From positions 62,001-126,000 of the forward strand of contig JAXLNO010006027.1 of the NCBI GenBank assembly GCA_038087875.1: a stretch of 64,000 nt of DNA, read 5' to 3'. Shown here one piece after another: positions 13,684 through 27,110 of the stretch (positions are counted from its first letter, which is position 1; each line of letters starts with the position of its first letter). The stretch is from Malacoraja senta. Lineage: Eukaryota. The notes under the pieces are model-generated. The model saw only the letters and a program-made list of their open reading frames with translations, did not search any database and was not told the origin of the DNA. The translations under genes were made by a program, and so were the position numbers.

Positions 13684-16600
13684 AAGGCGTGTTGGCTCCA
13701 ATAATGTAATACTCTGGACAGTTAAATTGGTTACCAGTGGAGATAATATTATCATCTGGCTTCAGAATGTATACAGGGAAACAAAAAAGATTAAGCACGT
13801 AACTGTTCATGGAAATGGTCGAAACCATTCTGAAAAACGTGCTTTCATTTTAGCATCCAGAATAGTCAGTAATCTTATCGAATTCAATTTATTTTCTTCC
13901 ATTTTTTATTTTAATGCAAAAAAGCGTTTAGTTTAATCAAATGCAAACTCTTCATTGAAATCATCCATATTAGACTTTATACCTCTATTTCTAATGTATC
14001 AGACAACATATATACTCGAATTATTTAAGTGCGATAATGTTAGTTGAAATGTTTTAATAGTCTGGCTGACCTGCGGAGACCAATAGGACTAGCGTATTGA
14101 TAATATTTTTAATTATTTTAGCTCGAATTTACAATGCGTCGCCAAATATTATGTGGAATCTAAATCCAAATGAATGGACAAATTAGAGGCGCGATTAAGT
14201 TATTGGGCATTTGTGACGAAATAATTATACTTTAAGAAATCTCATTTGCACCAGATAATCATGCATGCTTTCATTTTAATTTGTTAAAATCAGCAAAATA
14301 GTTCAGGAGATAATTCCAAGACGGCGACGTTAAAAGAACCGTCGGTTTTGATTAGATGCCTACTCACTAAAAAGAAAGCCTATGTTTGCACAGTGCAAGG
14401 ATGGATTCCTGTTCAGAGGCGTTCCTGGCGCTATCAGCTGCACTATTGCACTATCTTGCAGACATGATCCACTATTCGCTTAAACAGTTATCCAAGATAA
14501 TTCAGTTTTATTTTGAGCAATTTATGATAAATGTCGAACGGTACACCAAATGCATCGTGTTTCCGGGCAATCACTACGTTCTTCTTTGTTTCGCAATATT
14601 GTTTCCAAAATGCGGACCATGGTGCAGGAATCTGACCGTTTTTGCAATTGAGACTATCTCAATTCCAAGAAAACCTAATATGGCTGTTGGTCGTTTTAAG
14701 AGGACATTAGGAGGGACATCCAACGTCTTGTAAATAAAAAAAAGTCCTTGATTATTTGCAGTTTTATCTAATCATTTTTTTTGTTTACTTACTTTTTATT
14801 TGTTAAATTTTAAAACGGGGTGACTAAGTAATGCTCCACTGTCTATATATGTCACTTCCGTATGGCGGTTGGACGCTTAAGGTAATTGTTATATATTAAT
14901 TTCGAAACAATTCTGAACTATAGAACACACACTTAATTTGACTGAACATATAAAACGTGACCTGCCATTCTATGCACATTGGCTACAATCTCACGGGTCG
15001 GTTTTGGAATAACAAATACATCTTTACTGCAAATATATATTTAGGAGATGAATCGACTTTGGCCACATAGTGAATGATATTACTAGTGCTCTGAAGCTTG
15101 GTGCGTGTACAACAGAATATCATCCCACAATCAAAAAGAATCACATTAAAATCTTGATGACAGATATATGTGCATGTATCATTGTGGCACTATCCGATTA
15201 AATTTATGACTGACGCCATTCGTCTTGAGTTGAAATCGCAAAATAATATGGTAAGTATAGAAAGGATACCGAGACGTTAATGTGGTCCTATCCTGGACGT
15301 ATAATTTTAAATTTGCAAAAATAATCACAGTTATGACAAAATAACACGCGCACATTACAATAACCGTGAATGAACAAATGCATGCTTAAATGATAGCCCT
15401 TCTGTGGTCAAAGTGTCTAGCTCTAAGCCTGGCTGGAGTAATGTAGTCCCCCCTGCTGAAAAGCGCAGTCGAACACGCGTACAAAACATTTCACGGGGAA
15501 GACAGCAATACAATAAGTGATGTAGCTATCAATAAATCTACATCAACGCCTCATTTGTTCAGACGGTAGCAGCTACCAAACCAACGAGCTATAGAAGGAC
15601 AGATGTCCAAAACGACCTGAAACTTGTCCCCTGTGAACATTTGGAAGCGATAATATTCTTCTTTTTTTTTTGCATAAATCAGCGCAACATTCAGTCCGTG
15701 ATAGCCATTTCGCCTTCTAAAAAATGCCAGTTAAAATGGAAATACCGGGAACCAGATTGCAACTGGGATTCACACCAATTGCAGCATTAAGCACTTGGTA
15801 AAATAATGTGTTCATGTTCGATTATTTACAATTTAGTTATTTGAATTAAGTTTATCTAGCTTGAACAAAAAAGGAAGATTTAATTATTGACAAACCACTA
15901 AAACTATAACCGGATTGTTACTTAATAAAAGAGCGAAACAAAACCAAACCCCATCCAAGCCAATTCAAAGATCCGCACAGTTCTGCTAGGATTATTGGAA
16001 AGAGTGCTGTAAACCATGTTTGTTCAACAGACAGGATTCACAAAGGTGTTCATACTTGCACTTACCAATTGCAAATTAATAATTCAATGTGCGTAGTTTT
16101 CCTTAGTATTAAACTTGCCTGAAATAAAAGAGACGCTACACAAACGATCATCATTGAGAAAGCAGAATTGCTGGCCATAGCGGCCATATTTGATTAAGAG
16201 ATGGTACTTTTTTATTCAAACTGTTTTCTTTTGAAATATGCTTATTTAAATGAATTGAGAAAATATTGGCTCCAATAGCTTCTACAGTAATGGTATGTTT
16301 CAATTCAGGTACATCAGTAACAACTGTATCAATCCTCAATGCCTGATGACTATTCACACACAAATAGATCACCATTGAGAAAGGCCAGTACTTTATCAGG
16401 ACCCTGCAGTTAATAAGCATATTTTCATGGAAAATGTACTGATTTTCAGGGTAATCAAATTCGTAATTTTCTAACTATTACCTACATACCCCTCATAATT
16501 CCCAAATTCCACACGCGTGCACACATAGTATTGGCAACGAAGTAACAATAATTTACTCAAACAAATCCCATAAGATAATTGCGACAACGAGCACGCTGTA

Positions 16601-17455
16601 CTGTTCCCTTAAAGCTACCCCTAATTACTATTAAACTAGAGGAAGTCCAGTAGTTCTTACTTTGTGTGGTCAGTAAACGCCCCCTTCTTTCCACACCCCA
16701 CCTCCCATTCTAAGTATGGCACGAGTTTTGAAGTTTTCTAATTTCACACAGGCTCTAAGTCTGCATCCGATTTCATCTCATCTAACTAACAACTACGATG
16801 TTATTACATTTATTTATCTATGAAATTGATTTAGCAAAATAAATTGAGATAACAATTCAAATGGATTAGATGCAGTAAATCGTTCCACGCACACAAGAAA
16901 ATAGTGTTATGAAGCACTATCATTCGTTATCCAATATGATTTCCTCTCTGGGGGGCAGTTCTGATAAGCGATTTTTTTGGCCGACAGTATATTTATTTAA
17001 CAGAAACAGATTTTGTGCTAATAGCTGAAGATATATATGCTCTGAAGTATAGATTGCCAAACGATAGCTGATCATTTGCACCTCGTACTGGTCTCAATGG
17101 GCCGCTTTCCCACAGTAGCCAGACTTCGTCAAAATATATCAATGCAATGTAAAATAAAACTTTGTTGACCAAATTTGTACGGATGACTCTTTTGTTTGGT
17201 TAAAAATAAACTCATATAAAGTCTATAGATTGACCTATTTTTTACCGTGTTTCTAACTCAGGATCCGTTGCTCTTTGAAATTTGCATTCTTCCTGCTAAT
17301 ATTTGGAACATTGCAAATCAAAGATGACGAAATACTTGACCAACTGCTTTAACATTGACTACAAACATAATTTTACTCTCCAGATAAATGACGTGCAACG
17401 TTACAATAAAAGCTGCATTTGAATTAAAATTCCAATTCAATATGAATTGACTCAC

Positions 17456-17905
17456 CTGGATTTCTTCCATCCCTTGATGGCTGATTCCATGTAGAGATAG
17501 ACTGTCTCCCATTCCCGAATCCAGTCCATGAGCAGAGTGGACAAGCACGTCTGGCCGCCGCACGCCGGGGTAATCCCGGCGAGGGTCCAGCCCTGTGATC
17601 TGGGGCAGAACCCGGGGCTGGTGTAAAAGGCTGGATTCTGCGCCCACGTCCTGCCGCTGCCTTTGCTGCCAGGGATGCTGCTGGGGTTGGTGTAGGGCGT
17701 TCAGGGAATAGGGATCGTTGACGTGTGTATAAGGATCCTGGCTCTGGTGATATGGCAGAGGTTGGTAAGGTGGAGGGAAATAAGGTGGTTGGAAGTCCGA
17801 CGTTGGGGTGTGAGAAAGCGGCGGAGCGGTGGAATAATGTCCCTGGGAGACCGACCCGAGTTGGGACAGCCTCGAACTGTGGCTGTTAACTCCATCGTGT
17901 CGGTC
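17456..17905 (-). CDS. TFAP2B: TFAP2B exon 2 (Pro/Gln-rich transactivation domain with PPPY motif)
   Basis: Acceptor ccttctttgcag|GAC, donor CAG|gtgagt; 450 nt, [22 protein letters not shown]...[23 protein letters not shown]...GMEEIQ, closely matching TFAP2B. Confidence 0.98.
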
Positions 17906-19119
17906 CTGCAAAGAAGGAATAGCAGGGTTTAGTCCAAATACTGTTTAACATGACACATTTATGCTATATTTTCTGCCCACGAAAAGAAACAAGACAGTGA
18001 ATATAAAGGGGAGCAAAGAAAATTGTAATTCATTTATTAGCCAAATATGTAAAAACATACAAGGAATTTTATTTGCCATACAGTCATACCAAAAAAGCAA
18101 CAAGACACACAACTACATAAAAATTTACAAAAACATCCACCACAGCGCACTGATGGAAGGCAATATGTATTATCTTCTTCCCTTCTTCCCAATTAAATAT
18201 TGTCTAAACGTTTAATAAATGATCAAAAATATTAACAAAGCAAGCAATGCTTTGTCAAGTCAAATCAAATGCAAGTCAAACGGAACAATACGGAAGCAAA
18301 AATGTATGAAAATGCTAAAGATCCTGACAACAATAAGCGTGAACTATAACCGGGGGGGGGGGGGGTTAAACCGTAAGCATTAATATAATCTCAACTAGCC
18401 TCTTAATTTTAGATTTCTGATTTTAGGTATCACTTCATAGGTTCAACAGGATTTGTACAAGGAATCTGGGTATGGTGGGAATCATCATATCCTCGTAAAC
18501 ATCAAATCCAAACAAATCTTTAAATATAAATATGATAAAGTCACGCGTTGCGGCGGCGCATTTGTTGGTAACCAATACGAGGGTTGATGAAGGGGAACAA
18601 GGAGCTTCATAATACACTATTAAACGTTATATTACAATTAATATGAAACAATCTAAATTGGAGTTAGTCGTACATCCCAACATACAAACGGCCCCACAAA
18701 GACTCGCCACATGTAAGTTCAGACATTAAGAAATATAAAGGCACGGATGGATTTTAACACGCGTGAAACGTAAAAAGATCTAAAATCAAGGCATTGTCGG
18801 AAGGAAATGCACAATTACGAAATTCAGTGAAGGCGAATAATGCAACTGTGTCGGGAAAGTCGCCTCGACCATAACAGAAACAAACAGCCAGGATTCAAAG
18901 TCGAATGTCAAGTAAACTTAACACCATATTTAACTAAAACCTCAAATCGCCAAAAGCTATGGAGCGCAGTTGAAAGTTTTCGCCAAGTGACGCGACAACC
19001 TAAACCCGATTAGATAACAGTGCAAACAAGAGAGAAAGAGCCTGCAATTATGGACTAAATTATAAAGCCACCGGCGTTTGGGGCGAAATGGGATTGTATC
19101 GAGCACTGATCCAACTCAC

Positions 19120-19146
19120 CATAGCTGTGTAAGTGTGGACTAACAT
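19120..19146 (-). CDS. TFAP2B: TFAP2B alternative first coding exon (1b-type)
   Basis: Minus strand ATG TTA GTC CAC ACT TAC ACA GCT ATG|gtgagt = MLVHTYTAM, phase 0 donor compatible with exon 2; resembles the MLVHSFSAM alternative N-terminus of TFAP2A. Confidence 0.9.
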
Positions 19147-19560
19147 CTGTAGTAAATCTGATCACAGACAATCAACCAGAAACGCAGAGAGACTGCAGGG
19201 AGAGACGCCCGATAGCCTGAAGTATCTCCAACACTATATCCATCAAAATCGCTCAAAAAAGGACAAATACTGTAGATTTTTTAAAACTCCAACTTCACAA
19301 CCAGTGCTCCCCTATCCAAAGCAAGATGGTAACTGTTCACATCCCTCTCTGCCACTCTATACCGCCTCATAATAATTGATATTCATGACTATTAATATTA
19401 CTCGAATACTTAAAGGAAGAATGGTGGCAAATCGAGCGTGAAGCGGCCAGCCAGCGCTCCCCTACTATTGTAAATGACGTTCATTCAGACGAGAATTACT
19501 GGATGTAATCAGACAAGCGGTGGGGGGAGGGGTGGTGGTGGTGGGTGTTACTGGTAACAC
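19147..19560 (-). promoter_or_regulatory. Probable 5' UTR/promoter of exon 1b
   Basis: Unique sequence upstream of the exon 1b ATG with TAAT cluster (19368-19400), CRE-like TGACGT (~19475) and G-rich box (19518-19545). Confidence 0.4.
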
Positions 19561-22501
19561 CGTGGCCAGACTTTTGGACAGAAAGAAAAAAAAAGTTTTG
19601 TCGAAACACAACCAGACAACCAAAAGACCGTAGTCAGACAGTTCAGTCAGATCAGCGAATGGGCTTTCTTAAAGAAGCAGGACACTCGGCTAAGCTTTGC
19701 TTCGTTTAAAACTCCTTGTGCCCAGCGGCCTCTTTAACATAGCCCAACCTTTCGGGGCGTTTGTACGTAAATGCCCTCTAATGCCATTCACCATGCAAAT
19801 ATTAAGTGTTTTTTTTTTTAACACATTTCCATAAAATATTTTTACAACGCCCTTGTTACGTAACTTTTGTCGGAACTATTTTGTTATCAGTATCGATAGA
19901 ACCAGAAACAAGTGCACTTTATTGCGATGGAATATTTCTTAATGGGGCATTAGTACTTCAGTTTTAAAGCATCAGATTTTATAAACTTAATCTGGTGGGA
20001 CATGCAAACTGAATAATTGAGTTATCTCATTAAAGAAAGTCACCAATTTAAGTCAACTGTGTTAAAAACAATGCATAATATCAGAGAATGCCAGCCTTGA
20101 TAAGATCGATCGATTCCAACTTGTCCCTTTGGCAACCTGAAGTCGATCTTACCAGAGATTTGCTTAAATAAACTACGTCTTGCATCTTGAATGTTTCACG
20201 AGACCTATCACGTGACGCTGCACCGAAAATTAAAGAGTGAAACAAACAGGTTTAAACGAAAACAATCCTTTCGTAGGTTAACAGACTATAAAGGTTATTG
20301 CCTGCCTCGGATCTCTTTTTAATAGAGTACGTGTTCTAAGCGTAAAATAAACTGCGTGGAATTTGGAGGACTCGAAGCCAATATGTGAGTGGGAGACGCC
20401 AGACATTTTGCAAATTGCTTTTGGAAGAATCTACCGCCAAAAGCTTTCTTTGTTATCATAGCCCATGGTGGAAGGCGTTGCAAATCTGGTCCTCACGGTC
20501 CCTTCTGTTATCTAACTTATTTTTTAATAAAGTCCTCCTTTCCTGCCGCCAGCTGTAAAACATTTACAAGGGTTTCTGTAAAGACCCATCAAGTTTACAG
20601 AGCTGGTGTAAGACAGAGGGGTTAGTTCGGGTGCTTTTTTTGTGTGGGGGGGAGGCGTGATGCTGTGCGCTACTTGTTCCGGGTTATGTCAAACCCGTTG
20701 GACTGGCTTCTCCGCTTTCTGTTTATGGAAAAAAATCAACCCGTTCTCCTGACATCAATTGCCCCGACCCGTTCCTGCAAATCAAGCGTGTTCCGACCGT
20801 TCCACTGATAGTGAATCCAAAATGACTGGGATTTTTTCCCAATGAACGATGTGTGTGCCCAAACGCACCGAGAGCCCTTGCTGATCATCGGCGTGGTGCA
20901 TTTGGGACAAGTAACTAAGTCTTACTTTGAATTTTAAGTTGGAGATTACAATTAAAGACTTTGAACAATTAGATTCCAGAGTGGTATTACATTTCAACCG
21001 AATTGAGGGAGATAATTTGATAAGTTATCTTTACCAGCACGAAAAGCTAGGTCAAACATAAATTGTTATTTAAATGAATTAAATAATTCCTGATGGTAAA
21101 AGTGTACTGTGTTAGTCTGCATTCAATGCTAATCTGCTTTAATGGATTTGACAATCTAATTATGTATGAATCATTAAACAATTTCGACATCTTAACTGTA
21201 TAGCATTAACCAAAATCTGGAAATATGTTCTAATCCTCACATACCGTTGATAATTAAAGTGATGGGATATAAGTCAATGGTCTTTCGGTTAAAAGAAACC
21301 TCTAAAGGAAGACCGGCATTCACTACAGACTTTTAATAATATCTTATCTTCGCTGATGCTGCGCAGTTCTGGACAAACGTTAACATCGTTTCTTTCTAAT
21401 AAAGGATGGAGTCAGCATAGGCGATAAAGCTAAATTGATTTACGCTGCTTTGTATTGTAATTCTGAAGGAAATGTCCTGGATTTTTCCAGCTTTCGGCTG
21501 ATAATTGGCCTGACGAGTGCCTTGAGAGCGGAGACATTTGTGGCTCTATAGAGGGCGGCTACCCGCCGGGCCGCTCTAAAGGGTCTGAAAGCAAAACGTT
21601 GGCAGCAATTCATCAGCCTGTATAAGCCATTTTCTGGGCTCTTTATATATTGTTATCCTATTCATTTCATTCAACAGACCACTCCAGGAACATATTATAA
21701 ACCCTTTTTTCAAACGCGTGCTATTTGCCTTAACTTTTAGTCAGTGCAAGCTCCATATAAAAGCATTGACCCTTTTCTCTTTCTCACAATGGCAATTTTT
21801 GGACTGTTGGCTCTAAGCACAACTGACAATATTAATCTCCAGTTTCTCTTCCTTTCCCGTTCACCGCTTTACACATATCATACTTCTGTAAATTCTTTCC
21901 ACAAATTAAAGTACTCCAATGTGAAAAAAGTGCGAACTACAACTTTTGTTTTAAACATTAACCAGCTTCTAGAATTACTCGCTGACTGAACGTGACCTCT
22001 CGCAATTCCTAGCCTGACACCGTCTCACTTCATCGGCTGCAGGCACCAATACAGAGCACATACGACCTCCGAAACTGTATCTAAAAATACACCTTATAAC
22101 TTGGCTGCAATTACATTATAATAACGGCTCGACACCGGAATATAACAACATTTTTTTGTTCAAGTTGCCTTTCCAGTCGCTGAATAAGCAAAACCTAGCA
22201 GATGTCTATAAAATAGCCACATCAACGAAAATCGCACAAAAAGCAATAATCGTCCATTCCCAAACTCGATTCGACGTGTACAATATGTTTCCTTTAACAT
22301 TATGTGTGTTGTGAAAACACAGACATTCTCTTTGTAACAGAGGTGAATCTGACATTCCGTTGAGACAAACAATCCGACGACGTTAATGATAAATGCTTCA
22401 TATCGAGAATGCAGTACATTCAACAATCAAGACGGACACGACTCCAAGATCCGATTAATTCGCTCAACTATAAAACATAAACCATTTCCGTGTTTGCTCA
22501 C

Positions 22502-22582
22502 CTCGTAGATGTCCTCGTATTTGACATTTTCCACAAGTTTCCAGAGCATGTTTGCAGTCTGGTCTTTAGAAGATGAGTGCAT
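22502..22582 (-). CDS. TFAP2B: Transcription factor AP-2 beta, coding part of exon 1a
   Basis: Reverse complement reads [27 protein letters not shown] (27 codons) then donor GAG|gtgagc; collinear with the mammalian TFAP2B N-terminus [27 protein letters not shown]. Not in ORF track (too short). Confidence 0.97.
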
Positions 22583-22586
22583 TCAT

Positions 22587-22825
22587 NNNNNNNNNNNNNN
22601 NNNNNNNNNNNNNNNNNNNNNNNNNNNNNNNNNNNNNNNNNNNNNNNNNNNNNNNNNNNNNNNNNNNNNNNNNNNNNNNNNNNNNNNNNNNNNNNNNNNN
22701 NNNNNNNNNNNNNNNNNNNNNNNNNNNNNNNNNNNNNNNNNNNNNNNNNNNNNNNNNNNNNNNNNNNNNNNNNNNNNNNNNNNNNNNNNNNNNNNNNNNN
22801 NNNNNNNNNNNNNNNNNNNNNNNNN
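22587..22825. other. Assembly gap
   Basis: Run of N. Confidence 1.
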
Positions 22826-23000
22826 TCTATCTCTCCTCTGGCTCGCTCGCTCCTTCTCCCCTATCCTTCTCTCTCCCCCTTTCCTCCCTCTCCACTGATG
22901 GGTTTAACTGGGGTTGGGGTGGGTGGGGTGGGGGAGAAGCTCAATCCGAAGTGAATCGCTGTAGACCTCCGTATGGCGAGACTCCTGCCGCTGCACCACA
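22826..23000 (-). promoter_or_regulatory. Probable 5' UTR/proximal promoter of TFAP2B exon 1a
   Basis: GA-rich (minus strand) tract and G-run elements directly upstream of exon 1a across the N gap; position-based inference only. Confidence 0.45.
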
Positions 23001-26000
23001 CAGGCACATTTATTAACTCAACAGTAACATTCAAAGTTCAGCTCTAATCCCAAATAATAAACTATAGACAAGGGATTTACTTGTAATGAAAATCCCATCA
23101 ATGCGGTGGATTTGAAGTCCTGTAACTGTCTATATGTGATGCAAAACGTAGAATCTGTCTGTCGGTTTAGTTTTCTATCTATTTATATGTCTACCTTTCC
23201 GAAACATTTAGAGATAGAATATATGCCTGCACTGTGCAATAAGAGGGCACACCTCCGCCTGCCTCTCCATCAATCTATCTCTCCCATTGGATGCACACCA
23301 TCTCAGTAAAACTTACAATTGGAGTACATTGAATGATTTAGTTCGACCCAATTGTTTCTCCGTTTGGCAGAGTCCACCACCAAAGAAAATTAAGCATTTG
23401 CATTTAAAACATGAAGATATACCGATAACACCATCGTGTATGAGGTGAGTTGAACCAATTTTATGACTTTACGTCTTGACTTTTAGATCAATCCCCGATA
23501 TAACAATCATTTGGTTACAATGAATAAATAAACAGATTGTCCAAGTAGGCAACAGAAGCCCCCACCTTCCACCCCCGCAAGTCCTACCACCGCCCCCCCC
23601 CCCACTACCACTTCACAATACTTCGATCACAGATTACTAATCAAATAGCTACGCGGTTAACGACATGGAATTAGATAGTTTTTCCAAGGGTTGATTATAA
23701 AATAGATATCCAATTCATGTTGGATTGAGAATTTTTGGAGTTTACAAAAGGTGTAACAATGGACAGTTGTTTCCGAAAAGATAAACATGTACACCCTCAA
23801 TCCTATAGATTGGCGCTTAATGTTTGCAACTTTCAAGAAGATAACAATACAATTTGATTAATATCGTCCCAATCAACGTTTCCTTTATGTCCAGTTTGAA
23901 ATCAATTTTCTGAAATGTTAATAACACACGTTGTATTCTCACATCTCACCATTTTGTATAATACATGTAATAATATTTTGTATGCCTTTTTATTGCTATT
24001 GGTTATCACAAAAAATAAAAGTTTAATGAAACAATTTTTGCCGTACATTATTTTTTCCCTCTTTCTGCACATAACATGCGAGGTAAACACAGTTTTCTAT
24101 GCGGTTATACATTATTTTCCCGATAGACACGTTATCCACAGGAGAACGTTCGCATAAACACGAAGAATAAAACAAAACATATGGTCATAAGTAGATAGAA
24201 AATCTGCGCAAAACTACGCAGTAACTAAATTTTAGTTGCAGACCATACAAAGTTGTCATTCTCTTTCCGTTAAACGCAGACAGATAGAAATAACTCGGTT
24301 TACAATATATTGACAGACTCGGGCAACAAAAAATATATAGGTAGGTTCATAGCTGTGCGAATATGTAGATAGATGGGTTGCTGTAGAATCAGTTGCTTTA
24401 TTCTGAACGAGAAACCAAAATTCACGCACTACAATTTTAGAAGAAAAACATGCATTTGCCAAAGCTAATTCGCAAGTTAAAAAAATGTATCGAAACTGAA
24501 TTTGATTGATTGGTCATGGCTGGTTTGCGATCATTTAATGATGATATGATTTTACTGGAAACGGAGAGGGTGAGCGGGGCCCGGGGTTATGCCTGATTCC
24601 ACCGTGCCATCAATAAACCCAACAGCTGTTTCTATCAGCTGATCTTTTCTCACAAAAGAGCGTTTAAATCGAATTGCACGTTATTATGGAAGTGACCGAG
24701 CTATTGCCTGCATCAATAATGCCAATTACAGGTATGTTTCCTTGTAACGACATATACCGAAACAAGGTAACCCTAACTCCAGACTGTGCTTGAAAGAAAT
24801 TTAACAAAGATCAAACCAAAGTTTCGGAGGTCGTCTTAGCGTTTTGTTTGTACAAATTAATACAATTCTGTTGCTGAATTTGTTACTTATGATCATCATT
24901 ACAACAGGCATTATACAGTTTATAAACGTGTAACCTAGTAATGGATATTAATAGATATATTTTAATTGCCTAATTATCGGCATGAATTGTACTGGTCGGC
25001 GCTCTTGCTCAAATAAACTGGTATATTATCAGTTTAATTTCAATTTATATCTTATCCAAATAATTTTCGAAAAAATCTTCCCCATCGTCAACTCTTTTCT
25101 GAACTTGTAATTGTGAAACGCTTTTACTATTGTAGCGACATTAAAAATACACTTTGTTGGCGAATCTTTCGCGCTCTCGAACCGCGTAACTTGATGGGAA
25201 AGGGTTTAAGGGACGATGCAGACTTTGAGATGAAGTGACACGATGGACCAGTTAATATTATATGTAGTCGCCCTGCCCTCTGTCGGGTAGTGGATGTAAA
25301 CGCGCCATCAGGGCAAAACAAAATTCATTGCGCAGTGAGAGAACACTTCACTGCTCCTACCCCCTTGGGACAATAAATAACTGATAGAAATATCGCTATG
25401 AATATAATTTGATATTTTCCCACTTTGATCGGCACAGTGTTATCATGTAGGAGGGTCCGCGCCTCTCCTCCTAAGATATCCCGCGTACCCCGTGGAAATA
25501 ATAACTTGTTTCAGCGCGTTTCTAAATTGTGTTTAACCAAATAACACTATTATTTCAGCTGATAATATTAACAGTGGGTTAACATGATTAAGCCTCCGTC
25601 CATAGAAGAATAAAAACCTAGCGATACCAATACGGATATCATGGACTTGCGTAAACATTGCATGCAAGACATTAATCTGGACACTGGTTGTATTTCGATG
25701 GATAATATCATAACTGACCAAATAAGTAGACGTTATTATCATAAGAATGTTTTAATCAGTCTTGCGCTTGCAAATCTGGATAATTGGCGTGCTCTTGTCA
25801 AAATTACCCCCTAAAAAAAGGTGAGCTGAAATGTGCTTGCGCCACAGCTGGGCGATTCATATCGTCTGCTTTAATAGGCTGGATTAGACACGTCATTTAC
25901 AGTGTTCATACAAAATGTAAGAAAGGAAATACTTAAACGCAGTACAATATTATCATTGCATTATTTTGTTGACCCCGTTACTAATACAACTACCTTGATC

Positions 26001-26488
26001 TTACACCCAAGACATTTCAAAGTCAATGTAGTATTCCAAATAGCGACTTTGCGCAACAGTAATGATTTATACAAAAAAAACGTTCAAATATTGACATATA
26101 ACTAAAACCTTGTTAGTTTATCTGTTGTCGTTTGAGTTCCGTAAACATTTTTTAGTTGGATTTATATTTTTCATCTCTATTTACGTCAATAAAATTCAAT
26201 ATTCCTGCGGCACCAAATAAACTAAAACATGAGCCATCTGAAAGAGTTAATACCTGTATTTATTCACAATAGTGCCATCGCGTGGCGTCTGTGGGGAAAC
26301 GCAAGTAGTCTTTATCCACGAAATGTTTTTGTGCATTTTTAAAACATCTGAATCTCATCATAATCTTAGTAGATTTAATAGTTTCAACATAATCAACAAA
26401 AAAATAAAGTACGATTTTCTTTTGTCTGGTGCAGTTATAAATTATATAGCTACAAAGTGAATTCAGTTGGAGAATGATAAACGCAACA

Positions 26489-26622
26489 GGTGTCAGAGGT
26501 TATGGGGAGAAGGCAGTAGAATGGGGTTAGAAGGGAGAGATAGATCAGCCATGATTGAATTACGGAATAGACTTGATGGGCCGAATGGCCCAATTCTACT
26601 CCTATCTCTTATGACCTTATGA
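26489..26622 (+). mobile_element. CR1 3' tail
   Basis: ggttatggggagaaggcag...gatcagccatgattgaat...gggccgaatggcc...ttatga tail. Confidence 0.75.
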
Positions 26623-27110
26623 CAACACGTAAGTACAACTTGAGTAGCGCCAGTGTAGCTCTGGACCTACCCGTGCGGCCATTGCAAAGCCAATAAAACG
26701 CGGCAGTTCCACGTCCTTTCTTTGATATGTTAGCCCTAACTGCAATGTAACCAATGGAAATCAAACATTTGTAGTTAATTTTTAATCGCAAATTTTAAAA
26801 GAGCCAAAAAAACAATAACTGCATTTACACAGCATCTTTAAGAACAGAAATTTCCGAGCAGTTCTATGGAGATGGGGCAGGGAGAATTAAAAATAAGTGA
26901 AACGACTCACAGGTAATCAAACGTTTATCACAATATTAAGGGAAGTGGTTTAAAAGAATATACAGTAGCCTCAGGGCCTGAGTGGTTTCAGGAAACATTC
27001 CTGAGAGTGGGATCTAGAACTTGGTGAAGAAAGAGAAGGGGCAATGTAGTCTGTTGATAAGATAGAGTGGTGTGTGGTGGTCACAGGTCAATCAAGAGAC
27101 CTAAAACAAA

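Noticed and set aside
17318-17455. C-terminal part of the 197-aa ORF (VSQFILNW...)
   Set aside because: Read-through into intron 2 past the CAG|gtgagt donor; the ORF's initial MQ is also acceptor sequence.
22509-23016. ORFs spanning N runs (also 39903-40550)
   Set aside because: Artefacts of assembly gaps.
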